This document shows, in pieces, positions 36,237-47,195 of a DNA stretch of 64,000 nucleotides (the stretch's first letter is position 1; every line of letters starts with the position of its first letter). A model generated the notes under the pieces. That model ran no database searches and was not told the origin of the DNA. It saw nothing but the letters and a program-made list of their open reading frames with translations. The DNA lies in NCBI GenBank assembly GCA_038249195.1, contig JBBRWM010000001.1, positions 75,489 through 139,488 of the forward strand. The letters run 5' to 3'. The DNA comes from Actinomycetota bacterium (GTDB taxonomy: Bacteria > Actinomycetota > UBA4738 > HRBIN12). Position numbers and translations under genes: made by a program.

Positions 36237-39218
36237 TCAGGCCGCGTACTGATCAGGTGCGGCAGTGAAGCTGTTGTGACAGCTCTGCGAACAGAAGGAG
36301 TACGTCGTGCCGTCGTACTCCTCGCTTGCGGCGGCCGTCGCCGGATCGATCTCCATGCCACACACCGGATCCTTCACGGTTGCCATGGTCTGCTCATCCT
36401 TGACGGGTTCTCGGTCGCCGACCTCCACCTGGACCGAACCGGTGACGGGGCGACCTCCACCGGCCACGGTTGGCGGCCTGAACCGGCGGAGGCGGTTCGC
36501 GTTCGTCACGACCGAGAGCGAGCTGGCGGCCATCGCCGCGGCGGCGATCATCGGGTTCAGCACGATCCCGAAGAAGGGATACAGGATGCCCGCCGCGATC
36601 GGGATACCGATCGCGTTGTAGATGAACGCGAAGAACAGGTTCTGCCGGATGTTGCGCATCGTGGCGCGGCTGAGCGCCAACGCCGACACCACGCCGCGCA
36701 GGTCTCCGGAGATGAGCGTGACGTCGGCGGCCTCGATCGCGACGTCGGTCCCGGTCCCGATCGCGATGCCGACGTCGGCTTGGGCGAGCGCCGGCGCGTC
36801 GTTGATCCCGTCGCCGACCATGGCGACCAGCTTCCCCTCATCCTGGAGCCGGAGAATCTCCAGCGCCTTGTCCTGCGGTAGCACCTCCGCGAGGACGCGC
36901 TCGATGCCGACCTGCCGTGCGACGGCCTCGGCGGTGCGCGCGTTGTCGCCGGTGATCATGACGACCTCGAGTCCGAGGTCCCGCAGAGCGCGCACGGCGG
37001 CAGGCGAGTCCTCCTTGATCGTGTCGGCGACCGCGACGACGCCGGCCAGACGTCCATCGATCGCGGTGTAGATGGCGGTCCTTCCCTCCGAGGCGAGACG
37101 CCCGGCGGTCTCCTCCAGCGCCGAGGGATCGGTGCCCGCGTCGGTGAGGAACTCCTTTCGGCCGACCAGCACCTCGTGTCCTTCGACGATCGCTCGGACC
37201 CCGTGGCCCGTCACGGAATCGAACGCGCTCGCATCGGCGAAGTCGATCCCTCGTGCCTGGGCTCCCGCCACGATCGCCGAGGCGAGCGGATGCTCCGATG
37301 AGCGCTCGGCGGATGCTACGAGACGAAGCAGCGCCTCGTCGCCGAAGCCGTTCGCGACGACGACATCGGTCAGGGCGGGCGCACCCTTGGTGATCGTGCC
37401 CGTCTTGTCCAGGACGATCGCGTCCAACTTGTGCGCGGTCTCCAACGCCTCCGCGGATCTGATCAGGACGCCGTTCTCCGCACCCTTTCCGGTCCCGACC
37501 ATGATGGAGAGCGGCGTCGCGAGCCCGAGGGCGCACGGGCACGCGATGATCAGGACCGACACGGCGCTCACGAGGGCGAACGTGAGGGCCGGCGACGGTC
37601 CGAAGTCGAACCAGATGACGAACGTGGCGATCGCGATGAACACGGCCGCCGGCACGAAGTAGCTGGCGACGAGATCCGCCAGCCGCTGGATCGGCGCCTT
37701 CGAGGCCTGGGCCCGCTCGACGAGCCCGATGATCTGCGCGAGCATCGTGTCGCGCCCGACCTTCGTGGCGCGGAACCGGAACGCGCCCGTCTGGTTGATC
37801 GTCGCGCCGATCACCGCGTCGCCGGTGTCCTTCGAGACCGGGATCGGCTCGCCGGTCACCATCGACTCGTCCACGGCCGATCGGCCATCGACGACCTCGC
37901 CGTCGACCGGGATCTTCTCGCCGGGTCGAACGAGGACCACGTCGCCGACCCCGACGTCCTCGATCGGGATCTCGCGCTCCTCGCCGTCGCGCACGACGCG
38001 CGCGGTCCTCGCCTGCAGCCCGATCAGTGTGCGGATGGCCTCTCCGGTTCCGGCCTTAGCCCTCGCCTCGAAGAGCCGACCCAGCAGGATCAGCGTGAGG
38101 ATCACGCCGACGGCCTCGTAGTAGACCTCCCGGAGCCCCGGCGGCACCATGCCGGGAGCGACCGTCACGAACAGGGAGTACCCGAACGCCGCGCACGTCC
38201 CGAGCGTGACGAGGGAGTTCATGTCGGCCGTGCGGTGGCTCAGGATGAGCCAGCCGGTGCGGTGGATCGGCCACCCCGTGTAGAGCATCACGGGTGCGAT
38301 GAACGCCAGCTGCACCCACGGGTTCAGCAGGAAGTCCGGCACCCAGGTCGCGTCGAAGAACTGCGTCGCCATGACGGCGACGAGCACGGGCGTCGTGAGG
38401 ATCGCGCCGACCACGACACGGCGCGAGAGGTCGCGGGTCTCGGCCCGCCGCGCGATCGCTTCCGTATCCTCCGTCTCGGCAGAGCCGGGCTCGCGCCGTT
38501 CCTCGACCCGATACCCGACCGCCTGGATGGCGTCGCGCATCTGCGCGGCGTCGACCTGCGATGGGTCGAAGTCCACAGCAACCCGCTCGGCGCCGTAGTT
38601 GGTCTCGACGCGGTCGACACCGGGGAGGCGGTCGAGCAGTGATCCGATGTTCGTAACGCACGTGGGGCATGCGAGCCCGTCGGCGCGAAGCGAGAACTCC
38701 ACCCGGCTCGTGCCGCTCACCTGTTGGTTCGGTCCCACCCCCACGGCTCTCGCCGCTTCGTGCGTGTGTGACGCGGCGGCAGACGGTTCGCGGCCGGCCT
38801 GCGTCGCCTCCGTCGCGGGCGCTCGCCTTTCGCCGTCACCGTCTCCCGCCTCGACGAGGAGGGTGCCGTGCAGCATGTTCATCCCACAGGCGAACCCGAA
38901 CTCCCCGATCCTCGTCGGCGTGAACTCCACCGTCGTCCGACCGAAAGCGGCGAGCGACTTGCCGACTCCGAAGTCCGGGAAGACCACCCGTGCGGAGCAA
39001 TCGCTGTTCTCCTGACGGTCGAAGACGAGCCGGAGGGGGACGCCTTCCTGCACCCGGATGAGGTTCGGCGAGTAGCCACCCTTGACGGTGATCTCGACCT
39101 CCTGGACCCCTCCGCGCACCTCGGCCCGTCGGGCCTGTTTGGGACCGAAGAAGAACCATCCGAGCCCCGCGATCAATGCCACGCCGCCCGCCGTTATCAG
39201 GACCTCCGTTCCCGTCAC
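36237..39218 (-). CDS. copA: Copper-translocating P1B-type ATPase with N-terminal cupredoxin-like and HMA domains and a C-terminal YHS/TRASH domain
   Basis: CPC ([13 protein letters not shown]), [13 protein letters not shown], CxxC HMA (GLACPTCV). C-terminal DPVCGMEID...YSFCSQSCH. Confidence 0.9.
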   Translation of the reverse strand: MTGTEVLITAGGVALIAGLGWFFFGPKQARRAEVRGGVQEVEITVKGGYSPNLIRVQEGVPLRLVFDRQENSDCSARVVFPDFGVGKSLAAFGRTTVEFTPTRIGEFGFACGMNMLHGTLLVEAGDGDGERRAPATEATQAGREPSAAASHTHEAARAVGVGPNQQVSGTSRVEFSLRADGLACPTCVTNIGSLLDRLPGVDRVETNYGAERVAVDFDPSQVDAAQMRDAIQAVGYRVEERREPGSAETEDTEAIARRAETRDLSRRVVVGAILTTPVLVAVMATQFFDATWVPDFLLNPWVQLAFIAPVMLYTGWPIHRTGWLILSHRTADMNSLVTLGTCAAFGYSLFVTVAPGMVPPGLREVYYEAVGVILTLILLGRLFEARAKAGTGEAIRTLIGLQARTARVVRDGEEREIPIEDVGVGDVVLVRPGEKIPVDGEVVDGRSAVDESMVTGEPIPVSKDTGDAVIGATINQTGAFRFRATKVGRDTMLAQIIGLVERAQASKAPIQRLADLVASYFVPAAVFIAIATFVIWFDFGPSPALTFALVSAVSVLIIACPCALGLATPLSIMVGTGKGAENGVLIRSAEALETAHKLDAIVLDKTGTITKGAPALTDVVVANGFGDEALLRLVASAERSSEHPLASAIVAGAQARGIDFADASAFDSVTGHGVRAIVEGHEVLVGRKEFLTDAGTDPSALEETAGRLASEGRTAIYTAIDGRLAGVVAVADTIKEDSPAAVRALRDLGLEVVMITGDNARTAEAVARQVGIERVLAEVLPQDKALEILRLQDEGKLVAMVGDGINDAPALAQADVGIAIGTGTDVAIEAADVTLISGDLRGVVSALALSRATMRNIRQNLFFAFIYNAIGIPIAAGILYPFFGIVLNPMIAAAAMAASSLSVVTNANRLRRFRPPTVAGGGRPVTGSVQVEVGDREPVKDEQTMATVKDPVCGMEIDPATAAASEEYDGTTYSFCSQSCHNSFTAAPDQYAA

Positions 39219-39295
39219 GTCGCTTCGCTCCTCCCGCAGATCTGGTGGCTCTCCGATGGCTCCTCGAACACCTTGACGCGCTTCTCGCTATACCT

Positions 39296-39312
39296 ATACC
39301 CTGGAGGGGTAT
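39296..39312. promoter_or_regulatory. CsoR-type operator palindrome ATACCC-N5-GGGTAT in the csoR/copA divergent promoter
   Basis: tatacctATACCCtggagGGGTATcat lies between the copA start (39218) and the csoR start (39354). Confidence 0.55.
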
Positions 39313-39353
39313 CATCCGTCAAACGGGATCTGCGGAGCGATCGGGAGGCGAAC

Positions 39354-39644
39354 GTGGCGATCCAGGCACGCGGGTACACGGCGACCAAACAGCAGCTGAT
39401 GCAGCGTCTAGCCAAGATCGAGGGTCAGGTCCGGGGCGTCTCGAAGATGGTCGAGGAGGACCGCTACTGCATCGACGTCGTGACGCAGATCAACGCCGCG
39501 AGGGCAGCGTTGGACAAGGTCGGCCTCGGGCTGTTGGACGGTCACGTCCGCCACTGCCTGATCGGCGGACACGGGGGCCCGACCGACCCGGACGAACAGG
39601 CTCAAGAGCTGATGGGAGCCGTGGGCCGGATGGTCTCGCGCTAG
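39354..39644 (+). CDS. csoR: CsoR/RcnR-family copper-sensing repressor
   Basis: gggagg RBS, then GTG. ...YCIDVVTQINAARAALDKVGLGLLDGHVRHC (Cys-His-Cys ligand pattern). Confidence 0.8.
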   Translation: MAIQARGYTATKQQLMQRLAKIEGQVRGVSKMVEEDRYCIDVVTQINAARAALDKVGLGLLDGHVRHCLIGGHGGPTDPDEQAQELMGAVGRMVSR

Positions 39645-39666
39645 GGCCGCGGCCGTGGCGGGAAGG

Positions 39667-40488
39667 ATGACCGACGAGAGGAGCGACGCTGGACGGCTCT
39701 TCGTCATCGCCAGCAACCCTGAGCCCGACTCCAAGCTCCCCTACCTCCTCAGCCTGCCCCTTGAAGGCTCCCCCATCCTGAAGGCGCGCGACACGTGGCC
39801 GAGAGCCACGCGGATCTACTGCCATCCATTCGATGACCTGTGGCCCTCCGACGCCGAGGTCATCGAGGAGACACCGGTCGCCTCATGCCGCCGGCGGGGG
39901 GCGGTGATCGACCTGGTGCTCGACCGGCCGAGGAACAAACGCTCTCAGTTCGTGTTCACACAAACCCGTGAGCGCCCCGCGATCTTCTGGCAGACCCAGA
40001 AGGCCGCGCGATCGGCGAACCCTGGGGCGCGCGTGCCTCGCGCCCGCGCCCTGAGCGAGACCTTCACGATCTCGATCGACACGAGGGAGCGCTACCCCTA
40101 CCGCTTCGCCGGCCGAGACATCGTCCTCGAGCGCGCCACGCTGCAAGCCGGGGACTACGCTGTCCTGGCGGAGAACGAGGTCATCGCGACGGTCGAGCGC
40201 AAGACCCTGGAGAACTTCACCGCCTCCCTCTCCGACGGCTCCCTCGCCTTCCAGCTGCAGCGGCTCGGCGAGGCACCGCGCGCCGCGGTCGTGGTAGAGG
40301 CTCGCTACTCGGCGCTGTTCAAACTCGATCACGTGCCCGCGGCGTGGATCGCCGACATGCTCGTCCGCCTGCAGGTTCGCTATCCGGAGATCCAGGTCGT
40401 CTTCGCCGACTCCAGGAAGTTCGCCGAGGAATGGACCTACCGCTTCTTGGCCGCGGCACTCGCCGAGGCCGCGGAGCGGACGCCATAG
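39667..40488 (+). CDS. ERCC4-type nuclease-domain protein, paralog 2 (about 85% identical to 33824-34645)
   Basis: LFVIASNPEPDSKLPYLLSLPLEG...ISIDTRE...GDYAVL...VERKTLENF. Confidence 0.6.
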   Translation: MTDERSDAGRLFVIASNPEPDSKLPYLLSLPLEGSPILKARDTWPRATRIYCHPFDDLWPSDAEVIEETPVASCRRRGAVIDLVLDRPRNKRSQFVFTQTRERPAIFWQTQKAARSANPGARVPRARALSETFTISIDTRERYPYRFAGRDIVLERATLQAGDYAVLAENEVIATVERKTLENFTASLSDGSLAFQLQRLGEAPRAAVVVEARYSALFKLDHVPAAWIADMLVRLQVRYPEIQVVFADSRKFAEEWTYRFLAAALAEAAERTP

Positions 40489-40524
40489 CACTCGATCGTG
40501 AACGACGCGGATCCGGCCTAGGGC

Positions 40525-41829
40525 TCAGCGTTCACTGATCGCGTCCACCGGCGGCGGGGCGTCCGGCAGGCGCATCACCGACCCACTCTCGGGCACCGAG
40601 ACGTGAACATGGCGCTCGGGCGGCTCAGGCGCCGCGTCGGGCATCTCGCGAACCTCCACCGGCAGCAGGCGATACCACAGGACGCCCAAGACCCCCGCGG
40701 CCGCGCATCCGATCCCTCCGATCATGAGCACCGCCCGGCCGCTCAGCACCACGAGAAGGCCGCCCGCGATCGCCGTGGCCGCCAGCTGCATGCCGTTGGC
40801 GAGGCCGCCGTAGGCCGCGAAGACCCGGCCACGATAGCGATCCTCCACCCGATGGACGATGAGGCTGCGCATCGAGACGCTCTGCACTCCGTTGGCGGCC
40901 CCCCCCACGGCGAACAGGATCAACGCGGGGATCAGTAGCGCGATGGCGGCCGCGCCACCCACCGCCAGCCCCAGGACGACGGAGGCGCCGAGGAGCGCGG
41001 GCACGAGCCGGCGGTTCGGCAGCTTGCGCGCGATCAAGGCGGCCCCGATCATGAGCCCGGCGAGCCACGCCGAGGCGAGCAGCCCGTAGCCCCACGCTCC
41101 CGCCATGAGGTTGTCCTGTGCGAAGAACACCTCCGCGACGTTGTCCATGGCTGCGAAGAGGATGACGGCCGTGAACACGGTGAAGGCCATGGCGAGGAGC
41201 GCGTCGCGGCGGATCACGCCCAGGCCGGCGCGCGCCTCCTCCTTCACGCCGTCCTCGGTCGCCTCCTGTGGCCGCCGACGCACGGTGAGGGCCAGCGCGG
41301 CCAGGGCGATGAGCACGAACGTGCCCGCGTCCACCAGCAGGGCCGCTCCAGATCCCACGCCGGCGGTGATCGTTCCCGCGAGGACCGGGCCGAGGATCAT
41401 GCCGCCGTAACGCGCCGTCTCGAGATACGCGTTTCCCGCCGTTGCGTGCTCGTCCCCCACAACGGCCGGCACGAGGGTGTAAAGGGCCGGGCTCGCGACC
41501 GCCAGCCCGGTCCCGAGCAGGAACGCCAACAACAAGAGGATGGGCAGCCCCGACGCGAAGGCAAGGCCGAGCGCCACCGCCGCCTGGAACGCCGTGGCCA
41601 CGGCGAGCGTGCGGGTTGTCTCGAAGTTGTCCACGATGACGCCCGCAGACGGCGCGAAGAGCACCAGGGGCAGCAGGCCGGCGAGTAGCAGGGCGGCCAC
41701 GGCCAGGCCGGAATGCGTGGCGGCGACCTTGAGGGTGAGGGCGATCAGGGCGAGTTCGTCGCCCAGGGAGGAGAGGCCGGAGGCCACCACCAACAGGCGG
41801 AAATCACGGCCGCGGAACGCCCCCTCCAC
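40525..41829 (-). CDS. MFS transporter
   Basis: 434 aa, about 12 TM segments. Typical MFS N-terminus. Confidence 0.8.
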   Translation of the reverse strand: MEGAFRGRDFRLLVVASGLSSLGDELALIALTLKVAATHSGLAVAALLLAGLLPLVLFAPSAGVIVDNFETTRTLAVATAFQAAVALGLAFASGLPILLLLAFLLGTGLAVASPALYTLVPAVVGDEHATAGNAYLETARYGGMILGPVLAGTITAGVGSGAALLVDAGTFVLIALAALALTVRRRPQEATEDGVKEEARAGLGVIRRDALLAMAFTVFTAVILFAAMDNVAEVFFAQDNLMAGAWGYGLLASAWLAGLMIGAALIARKLPNRRLVPALLGASVVLGLAVGGAAAIALLIPALILFAVGGAANGVQSVSMRSLIVHRVEDRYRGRVFAAYGGLANGMQLAATAIAGGLLVVLSGRAVLMIGGIGCAAAGVLGVLWYRLLPVEVREMPDAAPEPPERHVHVSVPESGSVMRLPDAPPPVDAISER

Positions 41830-42120
41830 GAGGAGGGATGCTAGGTGGCACCGGCCAGGGAGTGCATCACCCTAACGGCCTACCTTCGGGGACTCCGTGG
41901 GAGCTACGCCCGCGGCTGTGGGCCGGTGGACAACGGTCCCCGTCGACCAACGGGCGGGGGGCGACGAATGGGGCCCGCCCGAGGGCCTCGACCAGCAACC
42001 ATATGCGTGTCGTCGTCGGGCAGGCGCTTCGACCGGTGCGGGAGCGTCCTTCGGCGATCTTTGCCCGGGGTGTGACGCCCGTCACGGTGACGGCGACGCG
42101 AGCGCGTCAGCATCGAACAC

Positions 42121-43374
42121 ATGTTCGAGGGACTCCGAGACCTGCAAGGCGCAGCGCCCTCTGTGAGCAAGCTTCGTCTGGTGGTCGATTCGTTGCGTGC
42201 CGAGACGCTTGCCGAGCTGCCCGACGCGTCCATCGAGGCGGATCTCTGTGAGCTGCAGCGGACCTGCGAGGCCCTCGAGATCGAACGCGCACGCCGCGTC
42301 CGGGAGGCGGAGCGCCGCCGCCTGTTCGAACGCGACGGGCATCTTTCGGTCGGTGCGTGGCTCGTGGCTCGATTCCGGATGAGCTGGGCGGGCGCTCGGA
42401 GCCTGGCCGGATTGGGACGGAGCCTCGAGCAGATGCCAGTGACGCGGCGCGGCCTCGAGGACGGCGAGATCTCCCTCGCCGCCGCCCGGGTGCTGGCCGG
42501 CGCCCTCGCAGGCGAGCCGGAGGCGTTCGCCGAAGCGGAGCGGACGCTCGTCGAGGCCGCGAAGCTGCACTCGATCGTCGGGCTTCAACGCGTGGCGGCC
42601 CATTGGCGCGATGTGGTCTGCGAGGGGCTGGGATTTGATGGGCGCCTCGCGCGAAGGTTCCTCCATGCGTCCACGACGCTGGGGGGCATGGTGCGCGTGG
42701 ACGCAGACCTGGATCCCGAGACGGGTGAGAGCGTTCTGACGGCGATCCGTGCGGTGCTCGACGCGGAGGCGAGGAGCCGCACACCGCAGGACGATCGAAC
42801 GCCCTCCCAACGCAGAGCGGACGCCCTCGGCGAGGTCTGTCGGGCATGGCTCGAGCGCACAGATCGCCCCACCGTCGGTGTCGAGCGTCCCCACATCACC
42901 GTGACGGTACCGCTGGACGTTTTGCGCTCTCAGGGCATCGCGGAGTTCGACATCGCCGGCACCGCGAGCGCCGAGGCGGCCCGGCGCTTGGCGTGCGACG
43001 CCTCGGTGACGCGCGTCGTGCTCGGACCCCGCTCCGAGCCGTTGGACGTCGGGCGACGCACTCCCGTCGTTCCCGCCTCGATGCGCCGGGCGCTCCACGT
43101 GCGTGACGGGGCATGTCGGTTCCCGGGTTGCGAGCGTCCCAAGAGCTGGTGCGATGCCCACCACGTGCGGCACTGGGCACACGGCGGTCCCACCTCGGTC
43201 GGCAATCTCGTACTGCTGTGCCGACGCCACCACCGGTTGATCCATGAGGGCGGCTTCTCGGTCGTGATATCCGGCGGCCGACCCATGTTCGGGCGTCCGG
43301 ACGGCTCCAGCCTCGACGGCCTGTCCCCACCCCTGGGCGAGGTGCAGCCGGGGCCGATGTCCGCCTCACGGTGA
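42121..43374 (+). CDS. HNH endonuclease-domain protein (DUF222 + HNH; 13E12-repeat-type)
   Basis: C-terminal CRFPGCERPKSWCDAHHVRHWAHGGPTSVGNLVLLCRRHHRLIHE. Confidence 0.75.
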   Translation: MFEGLRDLQGAAPSVSKLRLVVDSLRAETLAELPDASIEADLCELQRTCEALEIERARRVREAERRRLFERDGHLSVGAWLVARFRMSWAGARSLAGLGRSLEQMPVTRRGLEDGEISLAAARVLAGALAGEPEAFAEAERTLVEAAKLHSIVGLQRVAAHWRDVVCEGLGFDGRLARRFLHASTTLGGMVRVDADLDPETGESVLTAIRAVLDAEARSRTPQDDRTPSQRRADALGEVCRAWLERTDRPTVGVERPHITVTVPLDVLRSQGIAEFDIAGTASAEAARRLACDASVTRVVLGPRSEPLDVGRRTPVVPASMRRALHVRDGACRFPGCERPKSWCDAHHVRHWAHGGPTSVGNLVLLCRRHHRLIHEGGFSVVISGGRPMFGRPDGSSLDGLSPPLGEVQPGPMSASR

Positions 43375-43381
43375 GCCTGGA

Positions 43382-44122
43382 TCAACAGGTTGGGACGACC
43401 CATTCGGGCGGCGGGCCTATGGGCACACCAGCCGCCCGCGACCGGGCCCGAAGGCGCGCCCGATAGATCTGCATGTACGGGTGTTGCCAATCGGCGTGGG
43501 TCTGACAGCGCCAGGAGGGGTAGCGTTCGTGATGGTAGGGGCTCATCAGGCTCTCCGCGTGGCCGATGACGTTGCGGTTCTGGATGGCGTACCGGGCACG
43601 CAGCCACAGCGTCAGTTGCAGCGACGACGCCATCATGGCTGGGTTCGCGAGGATCGCGGCCGCGCTGCGGCCCACGTGCTCGATGCCGATCGAGCGGTCG
43701 TTGAGTCCGATCGCATGCCGGCACCGCGTCCTCAGGTTCACGAGCTGGTAGATCGTGCCGTCCGTGTCGATCACGAAATGCGCGCAGGTACCCGGCTTCT
43801 CGCCGAGGTGAACCGCGTTGGACGCGAACGTGTTCCACGAGCCCTGGTAGGAGTCCCCGTCCGTGAAGTGCTCCACGATCACCCGCGGACGCGTGAGCCG
43901 CCAGGCCCACGCGCCGTAATGCCGGCGCGAGTACGCACCCATCTGCTGGCGGCGACGCGCGGGGAACGGGATCGGATCCCACACGATGTGCGGGCGCGCC
44001 GCGGCGACATGCGTCGCGCGGACGATCGCAGGCGCGCGGGGCGCCGCGGCGACGGTCACCGCCGACCCCGGGGCGAGCAGGGCGGTGCCCGCAAGGAGCG
44101 CCGCCATCCGAAGCGGCCTCAC
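43382..44122 (-). CDS. Secreted N-acetylmuramoyl-L-alanine amidase (Amidase_2/PGRP domain)
   Basis: Signal peptide. HFVIDTDGTIYQLV...HAIGLNDRSIGIEHVG. Confidence 0.75.
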   Translation of the reverse strand: MRPLRMAALLAGTALLAPGSAVTVAAAPRAPAIVRATHVAAARPHIVWDPIPFPARRRQQMGAYSRRHYGAWAWRLTRPRVIVEHFTDGDSYQGSWNTFASNAVHLGEKPGTCAHFVIDTDGTIYQLVNLRTRCRHAIGLNDRSIGIEHVGRSAAAILANPAMMASSLQLTLWLRARYAIQNRNVIGHAESLMSPYHHERYPSWRCQTHADWQHPYMQIYRARLRARSRAAGVPIGPPPEWVVPTC

Positions 44123-45546
44123 AGGCTCACCGCCCCGCGCAGTCGCGCCACCGTGCGCTCATGCCCGAGCAGGGAGAGCGACTCGGGCAAGGGCGGGGAT
44201 ACGTTCGATCCCGTCGCGGCGGCGCGCACGGGTTGCCAGCCTTTCGTGCGGTTCAGGCCGGCGCCGGCGGCGAGCTCGTCCAGCGTCGCCCCGATCGTTT
44301 CGGCGTTCCATTCCGGCAGGGCGGCGAGGGCCTCGGCGGCAGCAGATACGTATCCCTCGGGCGCCTTTGCGAGCAACGCCGCGGCCTTCTCGTTGGACAC
44401 GATGTCGTCGGTGAACAGGAACCTGAGCAGGTTCACGCTCTCGGTGAGCGTCTTCATCCGTTCCTTCACGAGAGGCATCGCCGCGCGCAGGGTGCCGGGA
44501 TCGGGCATGAGCCCCGCCTCCGTGAGGAAATGCAGGCATCGTGCGGCGAGGTCGTCGTCGTCCAGCTGCTGGATGTAGTGGTTGTTGAGCCAGGTGAGCT
44601 TCTCGACGTCGAACGCCGCGGGGTGCGAGGAGACGCGGTGCAGATCGAAGGCCGCGACCAGCTCGTCCCGGCTCAGGAACTCCCGATCCTCGGGCGCCGA
44701 CCAGCCCAGCAGGGCGAGGTAGTTCACCATGGCTTCCGGGAGGAAGCCCTGCTCGCGGAACGCCTGCACGCTCGTGGAACCGTGCCGCTTGGATAGGGGC
44801 TGCCGGTCGGGGCCGAGCACCTGGGGGACGTGGGCATACCGAGGGGGCACCCCGCCCAGCGCCTCGATCACCGCCGCGTTACGAGGCGCGCTCGCCAGCA
44901 GGTCGTCGCCTCGGACCACATGGGTGATCCCCATCGCCAGGTCGTCCACGGCCACGGCGAGCAGGAACACCGGCGAGCCGTCGGATCGCACGAGGACGAA
45001 GTCATGCACCTGCCCAGGCGCGAATCGCACCTCGCCCTTCACGAGGTCGTCGACGACCCATCCGCCTTCGGGCATGCGGAAGCGCAGCACCGACGAACGC
45101 CCCTCGGCTTCGAAGGCGGCGCGCTCCCGCGGGCCCAGCGCGCGACAGCGGCCGTCGTAGCCAGGGGCCTCCCCGCGCGCCATCGCGGAGGCCCGTCGTT
45201 CCTGCAATTCCTCCGTCGTGCAGTAGCAGCGGTACGCGTCGCCTTGGGCCAGCAGTCGGTCGGCTGCCGCGCCGTACACATCCATCCGCTGCGACTGGCG
45301 GTAGGGCTCGTGCGGCCCCCCCACCTGCGGACCTTCGTCCCAGTCCAGACCGAGCCAGCGGAGGTCCTCGAGCACGCCGAGAACGGCCTCCTCGGTGACG
45401 CGGCTCGCGTCGGTGTCTTCGACGCGGAGCACGAAGGAACCGCCCTCATGCCGGGCCCACAGCCACGAGAACAGCGCGCTGCGCACGTTGCCGACGTGGA
45501 GCGATCCGCTGGGGGCGGGCGCGAAGCGGCACCGGACCTCGCTCAC
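44119..45546 (-). CDS. gltX: Glutamate--tRNA ligase
   Basis: GTG start. HVGN (HIGH) motif and ...KLSKR-type region (PLSKRHG). Confidence 0.9.
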   Translation of the reverse strand: MSEVRCRFAPAPSGSLHVGNVRSALFSWLWARHEGGSFVLRVEDTDASRVTEEAVLGVLEDLRWLGLDWDEGPQVGGPHEPYRQSQRMDVYGAAADRLLAQGDAYRCYCTTEELQERRASAMARGEAPGYDGRCRALGPRERAAFEAEGRSSVLRFRMPEGGWVVDDLVKGEVRFAPGQVHDFVLVRSDGSPVFLLAVAVDDLAMGITHVVRGDDLLASAPRNAAVIEALGGVPPRYAHVPQVLGPDRQPLSKRHGSTSVQAFREQGFLPEAMVNYLALLGWSAPEDREFLSRDELVAAFDLHRVSSHPAAFDVEKLTWLNNHYIQQLDDDDLAARCLHFLTEAGLMPDPGTLRAAMPLVKERMKTLTESVNLLRFLFTDDIVSNEKAAALLAKAPEGYVSAAAEALAALPEWNAETIGATLDELAAGAGLNRTKGWQPVRAAATGSNVSPPLPESLSLLGHERTVARLRGAVSL

Positions 45547-45556
45547 GCGCGCGACC

Positions 45557-46318
45557 TCAGTCCACCACGGTGTTGGCGAGCGTCCCCACGCCCTCGACCT
45601 CGATCTCGACGAGGTCGCCGGCCGACAGGTTCCCCACGCCCTCGGGGGTCCCAGTGAGCAGCACGTCGCCGGGCAGCATGGTCATGAAGGTCGTGATGTA
45701 CTCGATCAGCGTCGCCACGCCGAACACCATGTCGCGCGTCTCGCCGGACTGCACCGTGTCCCCGTTCAGGCGGGTCCACACCCGGGTTTCGTTCGGATCG
45801 ACCTCAGTCTCGATCCACGGGCCGAGGGGACACGATCCGTCGAAGCCCTTCGCGCGAGTCCATTGATCGTCCGTTCGCTGCAGGTCGCGCAGCGTGACGT
45901 CGTTCGCGCAGGTGTACCCAAGGATGACGCGGTACGCGTCCTCCGCCCGGACGTTCTTGGCGAGCGCACCGATCACCACGGCGAGCTCGCCCTCGTAGTC
46001 GACCCTCGCGCTCACGGGCAGCAGTTGGATGGGCTCGCGCGGCCCGATGACCGCCGTGGAGGGCTTGAGGAACAGGAGCGGCTCCTCGGGCACCTCCATC
46101 CCGAACTCGGCCGCATGGGCCGCGTAGTTCTTGCCGACGCACACCACCTTCGAGGGCAGGACGGGTGCCAGGAGGCGGACGTCGTCCAACGGGATCTCCT
46201 CCCCCGTCGGGACGGGCCGCTCGAAGAAGGTTCCCTCGAGGACCCGGACAAGGTCCGTCCCCGGTTCCACCGCGCCCGTGGCGATGCGATCGGCATGGCG
46301 GAAGCGGACGAAACGCAT
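45557..46318 (-). CDS. Fumarylacetoacetate hydrolase (FAH) family protein
   Basis: KVVCVGKNYAAHAAE...DYEGELAVVIG...TGTPEGVG. Confidence 0.8.
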   Translation of the reverse strand: MRFVRFRHADRIATGAVEPGTDLVRVLEGTFFERPVPTGEEIPLDDVRLLAPVLPSKVVCVGKNYAAHAAEFGMEVPEEPLLFLKPSTAVIGPREPIQLLPVSARVDYEGELAVVIGALAKNVRAEDAYRVILGYTCANDVTLRDLQRTDDQWTRAKGFDGSCPLGPWIETEVDPNETRVWTRLNGDTVQSGETRDMVFGVATLIEYITTFMTMLPGDVLLTGTPEGVGNLSAGDLVEIEVEGVGTLANTVVD

Positions 46319-46348
46319 CCGCAGACGTTACCGCAGGCCGCCGGGCTC

Positions 46349-47137
46349 TCAGCCCAACCGGCTGCCGCTCGTGAAGGTCGCGCCGACTTGGCGCCAGTAC
46401 CCCGCGATCATCTCCACGGGCGCGAGCGCGTCGAGCTCGTCGTCCGGCGAAGCGTGCAGCTCGACCGTCGGCGTCCCGGCCCACGTCGGGCCTACGTCCA
46501 CGTCCTGAGAGGCCATCGTGACGAGCTCGTCGAGACTCGCCGCTCGCGATGGGTCGATGTGCGGCATCCAGCGCGAGTGCAGCATGGGCAAGGCGTTCAC
46601 GGATCCGCCGGTCTCCGCGCGCCCCGTGAGCGTGAGCGTGACGTCGGCGAGGCGGCGATCGTTGGCCGCCAGCGTGGCCCCCAGGACTCCCCCGGGGGCC
46701 AGACGCGGTCCCGCACGACCCACGGTGACCGGCCTCGTCATCCAGATCGCGCCGAGCTTCTTCGGGTACCCCTGGTACCAGCCGCGCGCGAGGGCGAAGT
46801 CCTTGTCGACCCAGATGTAGACGCACCGCGAATACGTCTCGCCCCCGTAGGTGCATCGCACGACCACGAAGCACTCCTTGTACTGCGAGCGAACGGGGTC
46901 CAGCAGCTCTCCGCCGTCGTCGCTGCACGATTGCCAGTCGGCCCAGATGATGGCGACGGCGCCGGGGTCCTCGTCGGCGACGCCGACCCCCCCGGGCAGC
47001 AACGCCGAGACGTTCGCCGGATCCGTGCGGTACTCGACGGTGAGGACGTCGCCCGAGTAGTGCCAGGGAGGCGGCGGCACGATGGAGGCGCGGCCCTCGG
47101 GTGACTTCGGGAGCATGAATCCGCTCGGCTCCGCCAT
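46349..47137 (-). CDS. Acetoacetate decarboxylase (ADC/MppR-like) family protein
   Basis: ATG at 47137 (MAEPSGFMLPKSPEG...PPPPWHYSGDVLTVEYRTDP). Confidence 0.6.
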   Translation of the reverse strand: MAEPSGFMLPKSPEGRASIVPPPPWHYSGDVLTVEYRTDPANVSALLPGGVGVADEDPGAVAIIWADWQSCSDDGGELLDPVRSQYKECFVVVRCTYGGETYSRCVYIWVDKDFALARGWYQGYPKKLGAIWMTRPVTVGRAGPRLAPGGVLGATLAANDRRLADVTLTLTGRAETGGSVNALPMLHSRWMPHIDPSRAASLDELVTMASQDVDVGPTWAGTPTVELHASPDDELDALAPVEMIAGYWRQVGATFTSGSRLG

Positions 47138-47195
47138 GGCGCCTATCGTACCCTTCGGTACCGGAGGGACTTCGCAGCGGACCGGAGGGCGAGGG

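Noticed and set aside
36237-36300. Possible terminator or att feature between copA and the degenerate repeat
   Set aside because: No convincing hairpin or repeat was found beyond the 36145-36184 partial att copy.
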